DNA from: Prochlorococcus sp. AG-363-A16
Lineage (GTDB): Bacteria; Cyanobacteriota; Cyanobacteriia; PCC-6307; Cyanobiaceae
DNA: 64,000 nt
Reading direction: 5' to 3'
Assembly (NCBI GenBank): GCA_003280345.1
Contig: QCFB01000004.1
Coordinates: forward strand, 10,438-74,437
Translations under genes and position numbers: made by a program
The notes under the pieces: generated by a model
Seen by the model: the letters and a program-made list of their open reading frames with translations, nothing else
Told to the model about the DNA's origin: nothing
Database searches by the model: none
Part shown: in pieces, positions 57,671-64,000 of the stretch
Layout of the letters: every line of letters starts with the position of its first letter
Position numbering within the stretch: position 1 is the stretch's first letter

Positions 57671-58951
57671 ATGGCACCTAATACAAATTTCCAAAAAGCA
57701 CTCAGCTGGAAAGACTTATCAGAAATGACCATTAAGGAATCTGATAATAGACAAGGTCCCACTAATTCCTATTCCTTATTAAGACTGTTTGGGCAGCCAC
57801 AAGAAAATGTAAATGTAACTCTATACAGAGATAATCATGCATGGTGTCCATACTGTCAAAAAGTATGGCTATGGCTCGAATGGAAAAGAATCCCTTATAG
57901 AGTCAAAAAGGTAACAATGAGATGCTATGGGCCCAAGGAAAGTTCGTATCTCGAAAAAGTTCCTTCAGGGCTTTTACCTGCCTTAGAATTTGATGAAGGG
58001 ATCATAACCGAAAGTGACGAAATTCTTCTTTTTTTAGAGAAGCATTTTGGACCTCTAGGTAGACCTCTTCAAGATCCAATGTCCTTAGAGCTGAGGTTTC
58101 TCGAGAGGAAGTTATTTAGAGCTTGGTGTATTTGGCTTTGTAGTCCTTCACTAATCAAAAAACAAGAAAGTTATCGTAAAGAGCAATTCAAAAAAATTGC
58201 AAAAGAGTTTGAGAAAAGACTCAAGAATAAAGAAGGCCCTTTTCTTGACATATTGCCTGACAATTCAGGTAATTCATTGCCAGGAAGTTCAGATGTGATT
58301 TTTATCCCATTTATTGAAAGAATGAATGCATCTCTTGCCTATTATAAAGGTTTCAACTTAAGGGAAGAGCACCCTGCAATAAACAAATGGTTAACATCAT
58401 TAGAGAAGTTTGATGTCTACAGGGGAACTCAAGGAGATTTCCATACACATTCTCATGATTTACCACCTCAAATGGGAGGATGCTATATCGATTCGAATCC
58501 CCAACAAAAGCAATATTCAATTGCCATAGACCAAGCTATAGGGCTTGATGAAATGGAAATCTCCTTAGAATATTCAGAAGAAACTAATGATCCAAAACCA
58601 GAAATCATTGCTCTTTCAAGAGTTGTAAAACACCAAAAAATTCTCAAAACAATAAATCCCATTGGACCTGAACGCTTTGATCAACCTCTTAGAGCTGCTC
58701 TTACAAAAATGCTAGTTGGCCATAATTGCCAACCTGAAAACGGTAGTGCTTTAGGTTTGCGATATTTAAGAGATCGAATATCAGTTCCACGAGACATGCC
58801 ATTGCTGGCCGCAAGGAAACTTAGAAAAGCTCTTGAAGATACAGCAAAATTAGACGGTCCCGATGAAGGTCCGATGATCACAACAAAAGATAGATTCGAT
58901 CAAAATCCTAAACCTTTTCGTAAAGAATTAACCCAGGTTGACTTTCCCTAA
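57671..58951 (+). CDS. GST/glutaredoxin-2-like thioredoxin-fold protein with long C-terminal extension
   Basis: AWCPYCQKVWLWLEWKRIPYRVKKV and LPALEFDEGIITESDEIL are typical of a GST N-terminal domain. The rest is unassigned. Confidence 0.6.
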   Translation: MAPNTNFQKALSWKDLSEMTIKESDNRQGPTNSYSLLRLFGQPQENVNVTLYRDNHAWCPYCQKVWLWLEWKRIPYRVKKVTMRCYGPKESSYLEKVPSGLLPALEFDEGIITESDEILLFLEKHFGPLGRPLQDPMSLELRFLERKLFRAWCIWLCSPSLIKKQESYRKEQFKKIAKEFEKRLKNKEGPFLDILPDNSGNSLPGSSDVIFIPFIERMNASLAYYKGFNLREEHPAINKWLTSLEKFDVYRGTQGDFHTHSHDLPPQMGGCYIDSNPQQKQYSIAIDQAIGLDEMEISLEYSEETNDPKPEIIALSRVVKHQKILKTINPIGPERFDQPLRAALTKMLVGHNCQPENGSALGLRYLRDRISVPRDMPLLAARKLRKALEDTAKLDGPDEGPMITTKDRFDQNPKPFRKELTQVDFP

Positions 58952-59023
58952 TTGAAATCAAAAATAAAATCAAGTTACTTAGATTTAACTCCTTAAAAAA
59001 AGAGATAATAAAACTAAGCAAAT

Positions 59024-59061
59024 CTAACAATTAATTAAATATAGTATTAATTAATTGTTAG
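59024..59061. terminator. 14-bp perfect AT-rich hairpin between convergent GST-like gene and dnaA
   Basis: ctaacaattaatta / aatatagtat / taattaattgttag. A T9 run lies 14 nt further on the + strand. Confidence 0.4.
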
Positions 59062-59114
59062 TTCTATAAGTATTTGTTTTTTTTTAAATCAAAAGATAAA
59101 GCTAACACTTTTCT

Positions 59115-60518
59115 TTATCTTCGCTTTCGCGAGTCAATCTGTAGCAAATCCTTTACACGCTGCACTTGACTTGCCATTTGAGGGTCACTAGATAACTTTT
59201 TCTCTACCTGCTCAATTGCGTACATAACAGTTGTATGGTCTTTTCCCCCAAATTCCTCTCCTATACGAGGCAAACTCAGGTCAGTTCCATGCCGCATTAA
59301 ATACATGCCAATTTGACGAGCTTGGCTTACAGGTCGCCTACGAGTACTGCTTCGCATTTCATCTGCAGTAACTTCAAACACTTCCGAAACTTTTTCAATA
59401 ACTTGTTTTGGAGTAACTTCAACTCCTTGTCCACTTGGATCAAGCATTGGAGCAACTGACTCCACTGTCATTGGCATTCCAGTAATAGATGCAAATGCAA
59501 CTGCCCTAGTCAATGCACCCTCAAGTTCGCGAATATTGGAAGTAAAACGGCCAGCAATAAAATGAATCAAGTCTCGGGGTAAGCGCATTCTTTCTTGCTC
59601 TGCCTTCTTTTGCAAAATGGCCATCCTTGTTTCTAAGTCAGGAGCTTGAATATCAGCAATCAAACCCATTGAGAATCTGGAAATCAATCTTTCCTGGAGA
59701 CGAGGAATCTGGCTAGGGGGGCGATCACTTGCAATAACAATCTGTCTACCGGCTTCATGCAAGGCATTAAACGTATGAAAAAACTCTTCTTGTGTATATT
59801 CCTTACCTTCTATGAACTGAATATCATCAACAAGGATTAAATCAGCAGCTCTATATCTATCCCTAAAAGCTTGCATACCATCTTTCCTAATTGCAACTAT
59901 CAAATCATTTGTAAATGTCTCTGTAGAGACATATGCAACCTTCGCTTCAGGGTCTATTTCTAATCGATAGTGACCAATGGCCTGCATCAGATGTGTTTTT
60001 CCTAAACCCACTCCTCCACAAATAAAAAGAGGATTAAATTCTCTTCCTGGTGATTCAGCTACTGCTAAAGCCGCTGCATGTGCCATGCGGCTATTTGGCC
60101 CCACAACAAATCTGTTAAACACATAACGAAGATTCAAACCAGGAAGAATCCTTTTAGGACCTTTAATTGAGGTATTAGATGACAAAGATTGTTCTGACGG
60201 CTTTACAACAGTTGAAGCCATTGCTTCGGACTTCCCCTCTGCCTTAACAACATGAGGTTCTTCCAGAGCTATCACTTTCACTCTCACAGGCTGACCAGCC
60301 AGCTTTCCAGCAACCTCTTCAATAGTTTGCGAGTAATTCTTTCTGAGCCAATCACTTGAAAAGCTGTTTGGAGCAGCCAAAGTCAAAACCCCATCTTTAA
60401 AGTCACTGCATCTTGCAGGGCGAATCCAAGTCTCAAAGGTGGGCTTGCTTAAATTTTGCTGAAGGGCCTGTTGAACCTTGTTCCACAGCTCATTGCCCTT
60501 TTGCACCGACATTTCCAA
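59115..60518 (-). CDS. dnaA: Chromosomal replication initiator protein DnaA
   Basis: AAA+ motifs [16 protein letters not shown] and LILVDDIQF, sensor regions, and a C-terminal DNA-binding domain ([12 protein letters not shown]). Confidence 0.95.
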   Translation of the reverse strand: MEMSVQKGNELWNKVQQALQQNLSKPTFETWIRPARCSDFKDGVLTLAAPNSFSSDWLRKNYSQTIEEVAGKLAGQPVRVKVIALEEPHVVKAEGKSEAMASTVVKPSEQSLSSNTSIKGPKRILPGLNLRYVFNRFVVGPNSRMAHAAALAVAESPGREFNPLFICGGVGLGKTHLMQAIGHYRLEIDPEAKVAYVSTETFTNDLIVAIRKDGMQAFRDRYRAADLILVDDIQFIEGKEYTQEEFFHTFNALHEAGRQIVIASDRPPSQIPRLQERLISRFSMGLIADIQAPDLETRMAILQKKAEQERMRLPRDLIHFIAGRFTSNIRELEGALTRAVAFASITGMPMTVESVAPMLDPSGQGVEVTPKQVIEKVSEVFEVTADEMRSSTRRRPVSQARQIGMYLMRHGTDLSLPRIGEEFGGKDHTTVMYAIEQVEKKLSSDPQMASQVQRVKDLLQIDSRKRR

Positions 60519-60951
60519 ATAAGAGCATAAATCTAAGCATTTTTTGGGAACAGGCCGCTCCCAAGGAAGTCTCGAGAATTGTCATCGATTAACGTTCTTC
60601 TCAACCATAAACCCTTGCAGAAACTACGATCCCATCCCGATCATTAAGCATATCGACTTTTAAGCAACCCTTCTTGAGAGGACGAACTGCAACGAAGAGT
60701 TACTTAGGTTGATTGCAAAGCTCGCTAAAAAAAATTAATGAAGGCAAGCCTTTAAAGAAGCACTGCTTAACTGGAGGGAGTGCTTCTAATTTCGTAGAAA
60801 TGGACAAGGTGAGATTAATTAATATCAGAATCGATTGCTATCTTCTCAAAATCAAGCAACTTTTAATCTATTTCTTAGTTCTATGAACTTCAAAAATGTA
60901 TCAAGGGTACGAATTGAGGAACAAAGATTATTCAATATGAGATCGAAATAA

Positions 60952-61596
60952 ATGAATAAGCCAGTTCTTATTTTGATGACTCGTTGGCCAGCAGCAGGTA
61001 GATGTAAAAGAAGGTTAGCTGCAGATCTAGGGATTACGAAAGCAGCTTTAATTCAAAAGCACCTTACTGATCACACTATCGAAGTAGCAAAAACTGTAGA
61101 AGAGAAAGGGCTACTGGAAATAAACATTGCGATCTCCGGTCTTGGTTCGAATTGCGCGAAAAAATGGGGGTTAAAGCATGGAATAAAAAAAGCAGTCCTT
61201 CAAGGCGAAGGTTCACTCGGTTTGCGAATGAGGAAACAAATTATACGTGTGCAAAGGCATTCTAAATACTCTCTAAAAAAAGGACGCGCAACAATCATCA
61301 TCGGATCAGATGTACCTGGACTTTGTGAGCACGATCTAATTGAAGCGATTGATTTTCTTAAAACTTATGAAATGGTTATTGGCCCCGCCTCAGATGGCGG
61401 CTATTGGCTAATTGGACTTTCTGGAAAATTAATTAATCCTGTCGTAACCTGGCCATTTTCTGGCATCCCTTGGGGAACAAGCAATGTACTCAATAAAACT
61501 ATTTTGAAAGCAAATCTTTCAGGAACTGATCATATATTACTTCGCCAACAAAAAGACCTAGATCAAATTAAAGATCTTTCACCATGGCTAGCCTAA
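60952..61596 (+). CDS. DUF2064-type nucleotidyl/glycosyl-transferase-like protein (rSAM/selenodomain-associated transferase 1 family by recollection)
   Basis: VLILMTRWPAAGRCKRRLA, IIIGSDVPGL, DGGYWLIGL. Confidence 0.7.
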   Translation: MNKPVLILMTRWPAAGRCKRRLAADLGITKAALIQKHLTDHTIEVAKTVEEKGLLEINIAISGLGSNCAKKWGLKHGIKKAVLQGEGSLGLRMRKQIIRVQRHSKYSLKKGRATIIIGSDVPGLCEHDLIEAIDFLKTYEMVIGPASDGGYWLIGLSGKLINPVVTWPFSGIPWGTSNVLNKTILKANLSGTDHILLRQQKDLDQIKDLSPWLA

Positions 61597-62303
61597 AGAG
61601 AAAGACCACACTAAGTATTATTATCCCGGCCCTGAACGAAGCCAGCAATCTCCCTTTATTATTTGCTGACCTGGCTCTATGGCCATATGGAATAGAGGTT
61701 TGCGTAGTTGACGGGGGAAGTACAGATAATACAAAATTAGTATCTAAAATCAATGGTGCTAATACTTTAGAAATCTCTGAAGGAAATAGAGGTGCTCAGC
61801 TACACCATGGAGCATGCAATGTCTTAGGAGAATGGATATTATTTCTTCATGCAGACTCTAGGCTTCACCCAAAATGGGTCGAGTCTGTAGAACAAGTAAT
61901 AAGCCAACCTTTATTAAGATCAAATTCTTATTTTTTTGACTTCAAAGTAAAGAAAAGTGGAATAGACTTTCGTCTATTAGAATCAGCTGTTTACTTTAGA
62001 AGCCATTTCTTAAAAAGGCCATATGGAGACCAAGGGTTGCTATTAACCAAGCAAACATATAATAAAGCAGGTGGCTATCTACCATTACATCTAATGGAAG
62101 ATCTTGCCTTTATTAATAGGTTGAAGACTATATCTCAATTAAAAGGTATAGGCATTCCTATATATACAGATAGTAGAGGCTGGGACAAAAACAATGTGTT
62201 AACTAAGGCCTTTAAAAATGCACTGCTTAGATATCATTGGAGAAAAGGTGTAAAGTCTTCTAAGCTAAAAAAACTATATTACCAAAATGCTCCAGGTAAA
62301 TAG
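61584..62303 (+). CDS. Family 2 glycosyltransferase (rSAM/selenodomain-associated transferase 2 family by recollection)
   Basis: LSIIIPALNEASNLP, VVDGGSTDNT, LFLHADS, MEDLAF. Overlaps the upstream gene by 13 nt. Confidence 0.8.
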   Translation: MASLKRKTTLSIIIPALNEASNLPLLFADLALWPYGIEVCVVDGGSTDNTKLVSKINGANTLEISEGNRGAQLHHGACNVLGEWILFLHADSRLHPKWVESVEQVISQPLLRSNSYFFDFKVKKSGIDFRLLESAVYFRSHFLKRPYGDQGLLLTKQTYNKAGGYLPLHLMEDLAFINRLKTISQLKGIGIPIYTDSRGWDKNNVLTKAFKNALLRYHWRKGVKSSKLKKLYYQNAPGK

Positions 62304-62385
62304 TTCATATTTTTCTCATTGCCTTATTTGTGAAAGATAAAGGTTAAAGTGTCATTATGAATATCAAGTCTTAATAACAACTCTG

Positions 62386-62937
62386 TCAACTTGCATACCA
62401 AAATGCACATTTATTCCCTCTAGGTTCAAGGGTCCAGCCTTGACTCTCATAAAAAGCTACAACACCAGGGTCAGCAAACAATGTAACTCTCCTAATGCCC
62501 ATATCACGTAGTGACTTGAGAATATATTTCATAAGTTGCTTACCAATCCCGGAACCTTGATAAATAGGATGTACTGCAACGTCCCACACTGTTGCCTCAA
62601 GTATTCCATCACCTGTACAGCGAGCAAATCCCACCAAACGTGGGACCCTAGGATCATGCCTCCACAAACCAACTTTCAACAAACTATTATCTAGTGCACG
62701 TCTAACCCTTCTTACTGGTCTTCTGCTCCAACCTACAGATCCAAGTAATTGTTCGAGTTCTATCAAATCAAAAGGTTTTGATTGGCTAAAAACTAATTTC
62801 AACATTGAATCAGAGGAAGGGCATTCACTTGCTTCTTTCCCATATGTTTCCTCAAGGCAATTGGCCGTTAATGAACTAGTGCCAATTAAACCGAAGGCAT
62901 CAAAATTTTCTGATCCGGATTTACTAAACATTACCAA
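62386..62937 (-). CDS. GNAT-family N-acetyltransferase
   Basis: Acetyl-CoA motif VAVHPIYQGSGIGKQLM. Start may be an internal Met. Confidence 0.8.
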   Translation of the reverse strand: MVMFSKSGSENFDAFGLIGTSSLTANCLEETYGKEASECPSSDSMLKLVFSQSKPFDLIELEQLLGSVGWSRRPVRRVRRALDNSLLKVGLWRHDPRVPRLVGFARCTGDGILEATVWDVAVHPIYQGSGIGKQLMKYILKSLRDMGIRRVTLFADPGVVAFYESQGWTLEPRGNKCAFWYAS

Positions 62938-62948
62938 GCCTCATTAGA

Positions 62949-64000
62949 TCAAAGTTTCGTCAGACCACGTTCTTGTAATTCTGCTAGTTGTGAATAAAGT
63001 CCGCCTCTAGCACAAAGCTCAGAATGGGAACCCTCTTCAATAAGCCTGCCTCTTCTTAAAACCATAATCCGATCTGCCGACTGAACAGTTACAAGTCGGT
63101 GAGCAATAACAACTGCCGTCCGCCGTTCAAGAAGTCGGTCTAAATCTCGCTGCAATGTTGCCTCAGTGGAAGGATCCATAAAAGCTGTCGCTTCGTCCAT
63201 AACCAAAATCGTGGGGTTCCGAATAGCAACCCTTGCTACAGCAAGAATTTGACGCTCTCCAGAAGAAAGATTCCCACCACGTTCTCTCAACTCAGTGTCT
63301 AAGCCCTTTGGCAACCTTCGCATAAGATCATCCAAGCCAAGATCATGACAAATTTCCTTTAGTCGACTATCTGCAACAACTGAATCAAGGCGAAGGTTAT
63401 CCGCAACATTTCCACTAAACAAAAAAGTATCTTGGAGGACTACACCCAAATGCTTGCGAAGGTTACTTATTGGAATTTCCCTAATGTCTATACCGTCAAT
63501 TAATATTCTTCCTCTCTGAGGATCATAAAGTCTACAAAGTAATCTAATTAATGTTGTTTTACCTGAACCAGTTGGCCCAACAATTGCAACATGTTCTCCA
63601 GGTGAAATCTTAAAGCTTAAATTATCAATAATTGGCTCATCTGGCCTATAAGCAAAACTAACATTCTCAAAAATAACTTCTCCCCTTGGAGTTTCATAAG
63701 GTGTTTTTAAAAGTTCGGTTGATTCATTTGATTGATTAGTTTCTGGATCGGAAATCTCAACATTCTGTTCTAGTAATTCGCCTATTCTTTCTACGGCAGT
63801 CAAACCCCCTTGAATTTGTGTAAAACGTTCAGCAAGTTGACGCAAGGGATCAAAAAGACGCTGAGAGTAAAGAATAAAAGTTGTCAAAGTACCTAGCCCC
63901 ATAGCACCTGCTGTAACCAGCCAACCCCCAAGTGCAAGAACCAAAGCAACTGCTGCTAATGAGACCCATTCAATAAATGCTGAGATACTACTGTCATAAA
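62949..64000 (-). CDS. ABC exporter, fused permease/ATPase (MsbA-like), C-terminal part; continues beyond window end
   Basis: Frame is open to base 64000. Walker A GPTGSGKTT, signature LSSGERQILAVARV, Walker B ILVMDEATAFMD, H-loop IAHRL. Confidence 0.88.
   Translation of the reverse strand, partial: YDSSISAFIEWVSLAAVALVLALGGWLVTAGAMGLGTLTTFILYSQRLFDPLRQLAERFTQIQGGLTAVERIGELLEQNVEISDPETNQSNESTELLKTPYETPRGEVIFENVSFAYRPDEPIIDNLSFKISPGEHVAIVGPTGSGKTTLIRLLCRLYDPQRGRILIDGIDIREIPISNLRKHLGVVLQDTFLFSGNVADNLRLDSVVADSRLKEICHDLGLDDLMRRLPKGLDTELRERGGNLSSGERQILAVARVAIRNPTILVMDEATAFMDPSTEATLQRDLDRLLERRTAVVIAHRLVTVQSADRIMVLRRGRLIEEGSHSELCARGGLYSQLAELQERGLTKL

Noticed and set aside
1-64000. Looked for CRISPR arrays, rRNA genes, IS elements/transposases, integrases and toxin-antitoxin or restriction-modification style defence cassettes
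   Set aside because: I saw no regularly spaced direct repeats, no rRNA-like conserved stretches, no DDE or tyrosine-recombinase motifs, and no recognisable defence-gene motifs. The only tandem repeats are the two coding ones and the C12 tract.

Overview
AT-rich chromosomal segment whose gene content points to a marine picocyanobacterium, most likely a low-light Prochlorococcus. This is inferred from a Pcb chlorophyll a/b antenna gene, ndhL, cyAbrB, crtL, a c6-like cytochrome and dnaA. It is not a database hit, and all homology calls are motif recognition by eye. I can support about 70 protein genes, one tRNA-Leu(UAA) and several rho-independent-type hairpins. I see no rRNA, no CRISPR array, and no intact transposase or integrase. 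Layout: (1) 1-27 kb is mixed housekeeping and accessory: amino-acid ABC transporter, alkB-like, metA, lytic transglycosylase, ArsS-like radical SAM, Fur-family regulator, MscS, crtL, gltS, pcb and a TPR-methyltransferase. (2) 27-30 kb is a patch of very small ORFs with locally atypical composition and an orphan excisionase-like HTH gene. (3) 30-43 kb is a surface-polysaccharide block (rfbACDB, ugd, wza-like, wzz-like, galE, a beta-barrel OMP) with hisS embedded in it. (4) 43-47.5 kb is a decay zone: a frameshifted HAD hydrolase, an AT-rich polytopic membrane protein, a shattered gene remnant and a Gly-repeat protein. (5) 47.5-64 kb is core genes: sigma factor, cyt c6-like, cyAbrB, trpA, ndhL, tRNA-Leu, pyrC, CaCA antiporter, gor, dnaA, and two transferases of the rSAM/selenodomain-associated families. 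Most notable observations: (a) a StpA-type glucosylglycerol-phosphate phosphatase sits with a divergent GpsA-like protein and an APH-like kinase, but with no GgpS in the window; (b) a C12 homopolymer puts a +1 frameshift in a DUF3007-like gene in the ndhL-trpA interval (sequencing error, pseudogene or slippage switch); (c) the ArsS-like radical SAM gene and its two usual partner transferases are separated by about 50 kb; (d) the small-ORF patch; (e) an OPX/PCP/beta-barrel export operon without kinase, flippase, polymerase or glycosyltransferase genes nearby. I found no clear defence or toxin system. Everything functional below is a hypothesis that needs searches I cannot run.
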